From Elusimicrobiota bacterium (lineage in GTDB: Bacteria; Elusimicrobiota; Elusimicrobia; UBA1565): a stretch of DNA of 59,607 bases. Of this stretch, positions 1-8,651 are shown one piece after another. The position numbers and the translations under genes were made by a program. The stretch lies in NCBI GenBank assembly GCA_002401485.1, contig NVTF01000001.1, positions 1 through 59,607 on the forward strand, read 5' to 3'. The notes under the pieces are model-generated. The model did not search any database, had not been told where the DNA came from, and saw only the letters and a program-made list of their open reading frames with translations. Numbering within the stretch: the first letter of the stretch is position 1; each line of letters starts with the position of its first letter.

Positions 1-484
1 CAACCCGGCCCAGCCCCACTGCCGCCGCGAGCACAACGTCCCGCTCATCATCAACAACGGCGCGGCGAAGCACCCCCAACGCCTCTTGATCCCCGGACCG
101 GGCAACCTTGCCGACAGCCAGAACCACGCTGGCTCGAAGCCCCTCTTCTTCTTCCGGCAAAGTCCGGAGCTTAAAACGCCGCTCCAGCAACCGGGCCCAT
201 TCCGCCACCAGAGAAAAAAGCGCTTTTTCGTAGCCCAAATCTCCAAGCGCCTCAACAAGCGCCCGACGCTCACTTACCGGCAGGGAGAGGTCATTGAGAC
301 GATTTAACAACGCCCGCATCGACTTTTTTCGGCGGGAATTTCCAAGCGCCCGGATAATAAGAGGTCTTTCCGGGGCTTCCGAAACCGGTAGATCCAACAA
401 AAGCCGACGATAATTCATGCGCGCATCTACGGATTTTGGAGCCAAAAAAGCCGCTGCCAGCAGCATGACTACGAGTCGCCTCAT
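1..484 (-). CDS. HEAT-repeat protein with a signal-like N-terminus (3' end lies beyond the window)
   Basis: Absent from the supplied track because it runs off the edge. My reverse-complement reading from ATG (484..482) gives MRRLVVMLLAAAFLAPKSVDA..., followed by HEAT/PBS-lyase-like units (RALGNSRRKKSMRALLNRLND, VEALGDLGYEKALFSLV, AVGKVARSGDQEALGVLRRAV). The frame stays open to base 1. Confidence 0.55.
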   Translation of the reverse strand, partial: MRRLVVMLLAAAFLAPKSVDARMNYRRLLLDLPVSEAPERPLIIRALGNSRRKKSMRALLNRLNDLSLPVSERRALVEALGDLGYEKALFSLVAEWARLLERRFKLRTLPEEEEGLRASVVLAVGKVARSGDQEALGVLRRAVVDDERDVVLAAAVGLGRV

Positions 485-518
485 CGATATTCCCACCTTA
501 ATGTCGTAGCCGAAAGTT

Positions 519-2108
519 GTGAAATTTTCAATAATATGCGGGAATCCCATGGAAACGGACAAACAACAATCAGATCACTTCGAATTGTTGCTCGAAGTCG
601 GGCGACTCTTATCTTCAAAACTAGAGTTACCGGACCTTCTGCACACAGTCATGCAGCTGGCCGCCCGTGTTGTGAACGCCGAAACAGCTTCCCTGCTTCT
701 TGTCGATCATGAAGCTAAGGAGCTCTATTTTGACGTCGCCCTCGGGCTCGATCCGGAACTATCCAAAATCCGGCTCAAAATGGGTGAAGGCATCGCCGGC
801 ACGGTTGCCGCGAATGAAATGCCCGAAATCATTAACGATGTAAATAAAGACCCCCGGTGGTCCTCCAAAGTAGATAAAGAAGGGGCTTTCGTCACCCGCT
901 CAATCCTGGCAGCTCCCATTATTCTGCGCGGAAAATGCATCGGAGTCGTAGAAGCAATCAACCGCATCGGCGGCGGTTTCAGTGAAGTGGATCTGCGCAT
1001 TTTCGAAGCATTCGCGTCCCAAGCCGCCGTCGCAATTGAAAACGCCCGGTTATTTGCATCGCTCGTCGAAGAAAAAACGAAACTGGGAACTCTTCTTGAC
1101 AAAATGCGGGACGCCGCCATCCTGACCGATGGGAAAGGGGATATTGTCATTTCCAATAATGCGGCACGGAATTTCATGGGGGAGAATGCGACGCGCATCG
1201 AAGCCGCCGTGAAAGGCATGGTCGTTACTCCCCCTCTCGATGAGATTCTTAATTCCCGGGAAGCCCTTCTCCCCTTTGAAGCCCGGCGGGAAGACCCGAT
1301 GCTGATTCTCGCCGGCAGCGCGTCCACCATGCTTGATGAAAAATCGAAGGAAGTCACGGGCCGCGTCATTGTGTTTCGTGATGAAACCGATGAGCGGCGC
1401 GAGGAAGGTCTTAAGCGTAATTTCTTATCCTTGATCTCCCACAAATTGAAGACGCCGCTCGCCTCGATCACCGGATACAGCCAATTGCTCATCGATGACT
1501 TCAAGACGCGCGATGACCTCAAGGGGGGCTTTCAGGGGAACGCCCTGAAAACAGTCCTGCAGCAAGGACAAAAACTAACCGGGCTCGTCGAGAAACTTCT
1601 CAACTACACCATTCTAGAAGACCTGCAGGCAACCGAGATCACTCGGGTCGAATTCAAAATCGGCGAGTGCCTGGCGCAGGCGATCGAGTCACTGAAACAC
1701 ATCGCAGCCAACAAGAATGCAACCGCGATCCTGGACTGCCCCAATAATATCGAAGTCCTTGGAGATCCGGCCCTCGCGCGCGATGTGTTCAAAAATATCA
1801 TCGAGAACGCGATTAAGTTCGCAACCTCCAACGCGCCCAAAATTGACGTAAGCGCGAGACTCGTTGACGAGACTGTTGAAATCCACATTAAAGACGACGG
1901 CCCGGGCATTGCCCCGGAGGAACGCGACCGGGTATTTAGAAAGTTCTACCAGATAGACGCATCGTTCACGGGTCAAATCGAAGGCTGGGGATTGGGTCTT
2001 TCTTTTGCGCGTGAAGTTGCCGAAAAACTCGGTGGATCCGTACGCTTCGAATCTCAGGTCGGCAAGGGTTGCGATTTCGTTGTTGCTCTTCCTGCTAAAG
2101 GCAAATGA
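519..2108 (+). CDS. GAF/PAS sensor histidine kinase
   Basis: 529-aa ORF with a GAF-like N-terminal half. H-box SLISHKLKTPLASITGYSQLL; ATPase boxes NAIKFA, DDGPGI and GWGLGLSF. The real start could be the ATG at 549. Confidence 0.9.
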   Translation: MKFSIICGNPMETDKQQSDHFELLLEVGRLLSSKLELPDLLHTVMQLAARVVNAETASLLLVDHEAKELYFDVALGLDPELSKIRLKMGEGIAGTVAANEMPEIINDVNKDPRWSSKVDKEGAFVTRSILAAPIILRGKCIGVVEAINRIGGGFSEVDLRIFEAFASQAAVAIENARLFASLVEEKTKLGTLLDKMRDAAILTDGKGDIVISNNAARNFMGENATRIEAAVKGMVVTPPLDEILNSREALLPFEARREDPMLILAGSASTMLDEKSKEVTGRVIVFRDETDERREEGLKRNFLSLISHKLKTPLASITGYSQLLIDDFKTRDDLKGGFQGNALKTVLQQGQKLTGLVEKLLNYTILEDLQATEITRVEFKIGECLAQAIESLKHIAANKNATAILDCPNNIEVLGDPALARDVFKNIIENAIKFATSNAPKIDVSARLVDETVEIHIKDDGPGIAPEERDRVFRKFYQIDASFTGQIEGWGLGLSFAREVAEKLGGSVRFESQVGKGCDFVVALPAKGK

Positions 2109-3499
2109 ACATCGATGCCGCAGGCATCCGCTTCGCGGACTGGGCGCCCACACTGACCGGCGGCCAATACGCGGAAGCCTACCTCGAACAATCTAAAGGC
2201 AAAAGCATCGTTTTCGAGGATTCCCAAGTCACCGAGATCTCCTCCGGAGAAGACCACGGTGTCGGCCTGCGATACCTTGAACGCGGCCCGACAGGAGCAG
2301 TCGAAACAATCCACGGCTCGATAAACTCACTGGACCCCCACGCGACCTGCCGCCTGGCCAATGATCTGCTCGCCGGGCGCAAACGCCGCGACGCGCCGCA
2401 ATCCCGTCAACCGGATGTCTATCGGCAAAACGTCCGCATCCGCCCCGAAAGCGCGCCAATGAATTCAAATTTTCGTCTTTTAGAGCAACTCGACCGCACG
2501 ATACGCACCGAATTTCCGCACATTCGGCAGGTGCACATTTCTTATTCCGAACGCGATCGTCGCGTCGCGATCCTCGATTCTGACGGGGGATTTAAGATCG
2601 GAGAACGCGCAACGATGGCCCTGATCCTGAGCGTCACCGCGGAAAAAGACGGAGTCCTTCAAAGCGGGTTCGAGGTTATCAGCGGATTGAAAGGCCGTGA
2701 AATTCTCGATGACTACAACCCTGTCCGAGCGGCTCGCCGCGCGGCCCAATCGGCGGTGGATAAATTAAGCGCGCCGGTCGCGATGGCGGGTGAAATGCCC
2801 ATCATCCTGGCGGCTTCCGCCGGGGGCACCTTCGTACACGAAGCGATCGGCCACTCGCTGGAAGCGGACCACGTCCAGGAAGGCACGTCGCCTCATTACG
2901 CGGGCATGCTCGGAAAAATTGTTGCCCGTGAATTCCTGACAATCGTCGACGATCCTTCGCTGCCATTCGCGCGCGGCTCCTTCCCATTCGATGATGAGGG
3001 ATTGCCGTCCAAGGCGACGACGCTGATCAAGGACGGGAAACTTGTCGATTACCTGTACGACCGAACAACCGCGATGCGGGAAAACAGACTTTCCAACGGC
3101 CACGGCCGCCGTGAATCCTTTCGATCCAAACCGATTCCCCGCATGTCCAACCTCTACATCGCCCCGGGCAAGGAAGACCCCGCAGAGATTCTTAAAAGTC
3201 TGGATCGAGGACTGCTTGTGACCCAAATGGGCGGCGGGGAAGTAAACACGGCCACCGGCGAATTTGTCTTCGGCGTTGATGAGGGTTATTGGGTGGAAGG
3301 CGGAAAAATAAAACATCGCGTTCGCGACGCCAACATGCTCGGCGTCGGCCCTGACGTTTTGAAATCGATCGACCGTCTCGGATGGGATATCGGCTGGGGC
3401 GTGGGAACTTGCGGCAAGCAAGGCCAAGGGGTTCCTGTTTCCGACGGGCAGCCGACACTCCGAATTCCCTCTCTTCTCATCGGAGGCCGCGACGAATGA
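2105..3499 (+). CDS. tldD: TldD-family metalloprotease
   Basis: 464 aa with the HEAIGHSLEAD zinc motif and a TldD/PmbA-like C-terminal half (GGEVNTATGEF). ATGA overlap with the kinase stop codon. Confidence 0.88.
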   Translation: MNIDAAGIRFADWAPTLTGGQYAEAYLEQSKGKSIVFEDSQVTEISSGEDHGVGLRYLERGPTGAVETIHGSINSLDPHATCRLANDLLAGRKRRDAPQSRQPDVYRQNVRIRPESAPMNSNFRLLEQLDRTIRTEFPHIRQVHISYSERDRRVAILDSDGGFKIGERATMALILSVTAEKDGVLQSGFEVISGLKGREILDDYNPVRAARRAAQSAVDKLSAPVAMAGEMPIILAASAGGTFVHEAIGHSLEADHVQEGTSPHYAGMLGKIVAREFLTIVDDPSLPFARGSFPFDDEGLPSKATTLIKDGKLVDYLYDRTTAMRENRLSNGHGRRESFRSKPIPRMSNLYIAPGKEDPAEILKSLDRGLLVTQMGGGEVNTATGEFVFGVDEGYWVEGGKIKHRVRDANMLGVGPDVLKSIDRLGWDIGWGVGTCGKQGQGVPVSDGQPTLRIPSLLIGGRDE

Positions 3500-3966
3500 A
3501 ATCGGTTAAACTGGTCTTAACATTCGCGGCCCTGTCCCTAACACTTGGCATGGCTAAAACACCTCCGGAGAAGCCTCCCATGGAAGATCCCGCGTCCCTG
3601 ATCGTCACACAACGTTCTGACGGCCCCGCCTTTTGGAAAGGCGGCTACAGCCTCTCCAACGGCGAGACGCTTCTTATTGATTCCGAGGACGCCTGGAAGG
3701 CTTTGTGGAAGGAAAAGGTAGGGCAGGACGCGCCTCCGGTTGATTTTTCAAATTATTCGGCCCTGGCGGTCTTCCTCGGATCGCGTCACACCGGCGGCTA
3801 CGGCATCGAGTTTCTCCCTCCGACACGCGAGGGCACTGCGATCATACTCGGTTGGCAGGAAAAGAAACCCCCTCCGGGCGGGTTTGTGATTCAAGCCTTC
3901 ACCCAACCCTACGCGATCCAGTTGTATCGGAAATCCGACGCACCGCTTACGGTGCGCTCCCGTTGA
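3496..3966 (+). CDS. Exported PrcB-C-domain-like protein
   Basis: In-frame ATG at 3496 (ATGA overlap with the tldD stop) gives MKSVKLVLTFAALSLTLGMA, a signal peptide. ALAVFLGSRHTGGYGIEF...VIQAFTQPYAIQLY resembles the PrcB C-terminal domain as I remember it. Confidence 0.55.
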   Translation: MKSVKLVLTFAALSLTLGMAKTPPEKPPMEDPASLIVTQRSDGPAFWKGGYSLSNGETLLIDSEDAWKALWKEKVGQDAPPVDFSNYSALAVFLGSRHTGGYGIEFLPPTREGTAIILGWQEKKPPPGGFVIQAFTQPYAIQLYRKSDAPLTVRSR

Positions 3967-4661
3967 GAACACTGGCCCTCTTCCTGCTCTTAGCGGGAAC
4001 GGCCTCTGCGGATCACGAAGAAATTTCTTCACGCCGATGGATTCAAGCACCGGCCTCACTGCTTCTATACGCACATGACGGTTCACTCGTCAGCGAAATA
4101 GGTCTTGGGGAATGGAAAGAAGAGGTTGGACCGGGACTCATTCGCGAACGCATCATGCTCGGGGGCGTTTCCAAATCGGGACAGTTCGCATGGCATTGGC
4201 AGCGCACCGTCACCATCCGCCGCGGCCGCGATGATGAAGTGCTTTCGTCCACACGCACCTTCGTCTATTTCGGAACGGAGGGACAGGTCCTCTGGAAGGG
4301 CGATATCGTAGACGCTCCGGACGGCCTGCCACCGATTCGAATTTCCGACGATGGCGAAACGATGGTGGTCCTTGAGCGCGGCTTTGACGGGTGGAGTGCC
4401 GCCGCCTACACATTCACAGGAAACCGTATCCTCGCGACGCCTGAAATGGAACGTGTCGAACGGTTCGAACTTACAAGAAACGGCCGCTACGTCATGGTTC
4501 TTGGCAGCGGCATCGACAAACCCCTCGTGTATACGTTTTTCGATCTACGGGCAAAATCGAAAAAAGTTCTTCAGGCGGCGGATGCCCCGCTCGGAGACGC
4601 AACATTGACCAATGACGGACGCGTCCTTTTTGGAAAAGACGCTGTCTTTCGTTTCAAATGA
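3963..4661 (+). CDS. Exported hypothetical protein
   Basis: TTG at 3963 (TTGA overlap) followed by the signal-like LRTLALFLLLAGTASA. 232 aa with no motif I recognise. The longer track ORF (from 3852) overlaps the previous gene. Confidence 0.5.
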   Translation: MRTLALFLLLAGTASADHEEISSRRWIQAPASLLLYAHDGSLVSEIGLGEWKEEVGPGLIRERIMLGGVSKSGQFAWHWQRTVTIRRGRDDEVLSSTRTFVYFGTEGQVLWKGDIVDAPDGLPPIRISDDGETMVVLERGFDGWSAAAYTFTGNRILATPEMERVERFELTRNGRYVMVLGSGIDKPLVYTFFDLRAKSKKVLQAADAPLGDATLTNDGRVLFGKDAVFRFK

Positions 4662-6214
4662 TCCTCGCGCTCTTATTGATCGTACTTCCCGGACAAACGG
4701 TTTTTGCGCTTGGCCCCTCATCGATTGAGGGGCGTGCGGCCGACACTTCTGAATCAGATCTCGTCCGGCAGATGAAGGATCGACTTAAGGACGATCCGGA
4801 GATAGCGGCTGTCGTCGCCCAACGCATTCTAAAATCCAGCCTCGGCCCGCAGTTCACCAAGGCGGCCAACGAAGAGGATGCCCTCAAAGACCTTAAAGAA
4901 TGGGTGAACGACAATCCTGAAGCCGCGGCGCATCTCGCGATCGGGTTTGCAAAAGACGATGCTTCCGGGAAAAAGATCTTCGAGAACTCCCTGTATAAAG
5001 ACATGGAAAACTTTCTGGAACTCAATCCGGATAGTTCAAAAGGCATGTTCGGCCGCCTCAAACGCGCCTCGAAATTTGCCGGCTCCATGGAGCAAATGGA
5101 GGATCTCGACAATGAAGACCGGCAAGCGGTCATTAACGCGCTTTTTGAAGGCGTCGATTCCCAACGCAGCGGAAAACTCTCGCGGACCGATAATGCGGGG
5201 CGGTGGGCGCAGCAAAAGGGAATCGGCCCCGGGGGAACCGCCGGCCCGGGAGAAAGAGTCGACGCAAGCGCCCAACTCTACGATCGCCTCGGCTCGGGCA
5301 ACGTCACGGGGTACTCGCCCGACGTCATGACCCTGCAGAGTGAACTTAATCGACGAAAAGCCCCCGGCGCCCCCAACCTTATTGAGACCGGAAAACTCGA
5401 CTACCCAACGCTGCGCCACCCGTATTACGGACTCCGCTACGACATCGACCGTCTCACCGCCGCGATGCGCCTGCACCGCGCCTGGTCGATCGCACGAACG
5501 CTCGGGAAGGAATATTCGCAGAAAGATCTTGCGAACCCGAAAATCCAAGCCGAGCTGGAACAATTGGCCGCAGAAAAAGGTGAGGACCCCGGCTTCGCCA
5601 GACGCCTGGCCGCGCTCGAAAAAGCGGAGAACGCCCTAGCGGCCTTTGACCGTGAAGCGAACAAAACCAAACGCCACAAAGGAATCACGCGCGGACGCAT
5701 CAACAAACTTTCGTCGCTCAGACAGGATGCCGCGCGCTGGATCGCGATCGCCTCGCTCGAAGAAACGATTCAACGCCTTAGCGCGCAGCAAGGCTTCATG
5801 ACGCAGCCGCTTCGCGCCGCGGTCGCGCAGGTTCCCGTTGCTCAAGAAGAGCGGAGCGCATTTCTAAATGCGGGAACAGAACTGGAACGTCAGCTGAAAG
5901 AAGGCATCACGAAAGGACTGCTTGCGACCGCCTTATTGTCAGGCGGCCCGGAAAACTGGGCCGAAGCTCAGAAATTATCCGGCGAAGTCCGCGCGGTCTC
6001 CAAACGTCTTCCCCGCGTGATTCAAAACTACCGGGACGCGCCCCTTAAAGCGGCGGAAGGAACGCAGCAGGCAACCGGGTGGCGCGTGAAAATCGACGAA
6101 CTCATGCTTGAATATCTGCCGAATCTGGCCTACTCGAAACGCCTAAAACGAAAACGCGACGACGCCGAAAATCGGGTCGCCGCGTTTCTCCGCTTCGCAA
6201 AGCAGGCTCGTTAA
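4658..6214 (+). CDS. Exported hypothetical protein, largely helical
   Basis: 518-aa ORF. ATGA overlap at 4658. N-terminus MILALLLIVLPGQTVFALG is signal-like. No known motif recognised. Confidence 0.6.
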   Translation: MILALLLIVLPGQTVFALGPSSIEGRAADTSESDLVRQMKDRLKDDPEIAAVVAQRILKSSLGPQFTKAANEEDALKDLKEWVNDNPEAAAHLAIGFAKDDASGKKIFENSLYKDMENFLELNPDSSKGMFGRLKRASKFAGSMEQMEDLDNEDRQAVINALFEGVDSQRSGKLSRTDNAGRWAQQKGIGPGGTAGPGERVDASAQLYDRLGSGNVTGYSPDVMTLQSELNRRKAPGAPNLIETGKLDYPTLRHPYYGLRYDIDRLTAAMRLHRAWSIARTLGKEYSQKDLANPKIQAELEQLAAEKGEDPGFARRLAALEKAENALAAFDREANKTKRHKGITRGRINKLSSLRQDAARWIAIASLEETIQRLSAQQGFMTQPLRAAVAQVPVAQEERSAFLNAGTELERQLKEGITKGLLATALLSGGPENWAEAQKLSGEVRAVSKRLPRVIQNYRDAPLKAAEGTQQATGWRVKIDELMLEYLPNLAYSKRLKRKRDDAENRVAAFLRFAKQAR

Positions 6215-6215
6215 A

Positions 6216-6563
6216 TTACGATACGCCGAGCAGCTCGACGTCAAAGTGCAGGGTCGCGTTTGGCGGAATGACGCCGCCCGCACCGTTGGCGCCATAACCT
6301 AATTCCGGCGGAATGATGAGTTTGCGTTTGCCGCCGATTTTCATCGACAACACGCCTTCGTCCCATCCTTTAATGACCTGGCCGATGCCGATCTTAAATT
6401 CAAAGGGCTGGCCGCGATCCACTGAACTGTCAAACTTCGTGCCGTCGGTTAATGTGCCCGTGTAATGGACCGAAACCGTCTGGCCGGACGTCGGGCTTGC
6501 GCCCTCGCCATCAACTTCATCAATAAACTTGAGTCCGGAATGGGTCGTTGTTTCATCAGCCAT
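6216..6563 (-). CDS. FKBP-type peptidyl-prolyl cis-trans isomerase
   Basis: 115 aa. [39 protein letters not shown]...IPPELGYG is the canonical FKBP core. Confidence 0.92.
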   Translation of the reverse strand: MADETTTHSGLKFIDEVDGEGASPTSGQTVSVHYTGTLTDGTKFDSSVDRGQPFEFKIGIGQVIKGWDEGVLSMKIGGKRKLIIPPELGYGANGAGGVIPPNATLHFDVELLGVS

Positions 6564-6576
6564 GTCGGTGTCTCCG

Positions 6577-7686
6577 TTACGCCAGCGAAATGTCGTCGTT
6601 GAGATAAACGTCCTGGACGGTGTTGAGAAGCTCGACGCCTTCCTTCATGGGACGCTGGAACGCCTTGCGTCCCGAGATGAGACCGATGCCGCCGGCTCGT
6701 TTATTAATCACCGCGGTCTTCACGGCGGCGGCAAAGTCATTTTTACCGGAGGCGCCGCCCGAGTTGATCAGCCCCATACGGCCGCTGTAGTCGTTGAGAA
6801 CCTGATACCGGCAGAGGTCGATCGGATGATCGGAGCACAACTCGGTGTAGATGCGCTCATCAAACTTTCCGTAGCTGCTGCCGCCCATATTAAGCGCCTT
6901 GTAGCCGCCGTTGTTCGTCGGAAGTTTTTGCTTGATGATGTCGGCCTCGATGGTGACGCCGAGATGATTCGCCTGTCCCGTGAGGTCAGCCGCGCCATGA
7001 TAGTCCACGCCGTCCTTCTTAAACTCAGACGAACGCAGGTAGCACCACAACACTGTGCCCATGCCTAATTCATGTGCGAGCTGAAACGACTGCGCGACTT
7101 CTTGAATCTGACGATTGCTCTCGGGCGAACCGAAATAAATCGTGGCACCGACGGCAGCCGCACCCATGTCATAGGCCTGCTCGATGGAGCCGAAGTTTAT
7201 CTGGTCAAAGGTATTGGGTGCGGTCAGCATTTCATTGTGGTTGAACTTCACAATAAACGGAATCTTATGCGCGTACCGGCGCGATACCGACGCCAAGACA
7301 CCCGCAGTAGAAGCAACCGCGTTGCAGCCGCCTTCGATGGCGAGCTTCACGATGTTTTCAGGATCGAAATAAGCCGGATTTTTGGCAAACGACGCGCCGG
7401 CGGCATGTTCGATGCCCTGGTCCACGGGCAGAATGGAAACGTAGCCCGTTCCACCGAGGCGCCCGTGATCGAAAATTCTTTGCAGGCTGCCCAAGACGCG
7501 AGGAGAGCGGTTGGAAGGCCCAAAAATGCGGTCAACAAAATCCGGACCCGGGGCATGCAGCTGGTCCTTGGTGATTTTGGTGCATTTGTAGTTGAGAAGG
7601 TCCTCGGCATCGTCTCCGAGGAGCTTCGAGATTTGGTCCGTGTTTTTGCCGGCGGCGGCTTTAGGACTGGTCATAGTAGCGGTCAT
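6577..7686 (-). CDS. fbaB: Class I fructose-bisphosphate aldolase (FbaB/DhnA type, DeoC/LacD superfamily)
   Basis: 369 aa. Length and overall pattern match E. coli FbaB-type aldolases ([21 protein letters not shown] lysine region). Confidence 0.75.
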   Translation of the reverse strand: MTATMTSPKAAAGKNTDQISKLLGDDAEDLLNYKCTKITKDQLHAPGPDFVDRIFGPSNRSPRVLGSLQRIFDHGRLGGTGYVSILPVDQGIEHAAGASFAKNPAYFDPENIVKLAIEGGCNAVASTAGVLASVSRRYAHKIPFIVKFNHNEMLTAPNTFDQINFGSIEQAYDMGAAAVGATIYFGSPESNRQIQEVAQSFQLAHELGMGTVLWCYLRSSEFKKDGVDYHGAADLTGQANHLGVTIEADIIKQKLPTNNGGYKALNMGGSSYGKFDERIYTELCSDHPIDLCRYQVLNDYSGRMGLINSGGASGKNDFAAAVKTAVINKRAGGIGLISGRKAFQRPMKEGVELLNTVQDVYLNDDISLA

Positions 7687-7770
7687 AGCGTCTTCCTTCT
7701 GGGATAGGGTAACAACAACCCTATTTTACCTTATCAAGACCCCACTAGACGGATTCTAATCATTAGCCCG

Positions 7771-8499
7771 TCACTTCGCGAGGGCGGCCTCGATTTCGGC
7801 GCGGAATTTCGGAAATTGGTCATGGGAAAATCCAGTACTTCTCCACGCGATTTTGCCATCCTTGCCAACTAAAACAAACAAGGGAATTGACTCGCCTTTA
7901 TATTTACCCCGATAGACACCCTCATCGTCGACTGCGGCTGGATAGTCGAGGTCAATCACGGTTGGATAGTCGAGCTTTAGATTGATATCAAAGCCTGGTT
8001 GACCCATAAGGTCTGCGGCCCATCTTTTAGACCGTGGCTTCGCCATCCACTCTTCCACCAACCCTTTGTAATGTTCAACGGCTGCAAAACCCTCTCTCAG
8101 ATTAACGCCAATAACAACGAAACCCTTGTCCTTATACAGGTGGTTCAGCATAGCCATGACAGGTGACGCAAGCCGACACGGCCCACACCAAGTCGCCCAG
8201 AAATCAAGCAAGACAACCTTCCCCCGAAACGAGGAGAGGGTTATGTCTTTCCCATCAGAACCCGGCAGGGTGAAATCTGGAGCAAGTTTCCCAACCATGT
8301 CTGCTCCTGGATCCGTCGCTTCATCGATGTTGGTTGTGTAAATGATGCGGGGCTTTTTTGCCTGCGCGTGCCGGCGCGTCTCAAGTAATGCCTGCATTGA
8401 ATCTGAAGCAGATTCGAGCGTCGCACCGCCTGTCGCATGAAGCGAGGTTGTGGTTAAAATCGCAAGAATAAAAAAGTAAATGGTTTTTTTCATAGGCAT
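7771..8499 (-). CDS. TlpA-like thiol-disulfide oxidoreductase (thioredoxin fold), exported
   Basis: Signal-like N-terminus, and FWATWCGPC (CxxC) in a redoxin-type context. Confidence 0.85.
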   Translation of the reverse strand: MPMKKTIYFFILAILTTTSLHATGGATLESASDSMQALLETRRHAQAKKPRIIYTTNIDEATDPGADMVGKLAPDFTLPGSDGKDITLSSFRGKVVLLDFWATWCGPCRLASPVMAMLNHLYKDKGFVVIGVNLREGFAAVEHYKGLVEEWMAKPRSKRWAADLMGQPGFDINLKLDYPTVIDLDYPAAVDDEGVYRGKYKGESIPLFVLVGKDGKIAWRSTGFSHDQFPKFRAEIEAALAK

Positions 8500-8590
8500 C
8501 CGCTCGTATAACTAGTTTAGCTGTAGCCTCAAAAAACGGCTGGGCCGAAAGGGCAACATTCCACAAGAAAAAGACCTGCATAGCCAGAAA

Positions 8591-8651
8591 GGGGGACAGG
8601 TACTATGCATTAGCTTTTGAGGCAAAAGCTAATGCATAGTACCTGTCCCCC
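8591..8651 (-). terminator. Perfect 29-bp-stem / 3-nt-loop hairpin directly after the stop codon of the patatin gene
   Basis: 8591-8619 GGGGGACAGGTACTATGCATTAGCTTTTG is the exact reverse complement of 8623-8651. The loop is AGG. On the minus strand it is followed only by TTTCTGG, a weak U-tract. Confidence 0.5.

Noticed and set aside
86-307. 73-aa plus-strand ORF at the left edge
   Set aside because: It lies entirely antisense to the better-supported HEAT-repeat gene (complement 1..484) and has a basic, low-complexity composition. It is a shadow ORF.
725-1522. 265-aa minus-strand ORF inside the histidine kinase gene
   Set aside because: The Ser/Arg-rich translation is typical of the antisense frame of a GC-rich gene, whereas the plus-strand frame has clear GAF/HisKA motifs. 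The same reasoning removes the other long antisense or alternative-frame ORFs, for example 16569..17327, 28011..28754, 42188..43009, 45405..46082 and 49164..50009.
7704-7727. Hairpin ATAGGGT-N7-ACCCTAT followed by TTTT, a possible terminator between the redoxin and aldolase genes
   Set aside because: The T-run is on the plus strand, while both flanking genes are transcribed on the minus strand. In the relevant orientation there is no U-tail, and the stem is only 7 bp.
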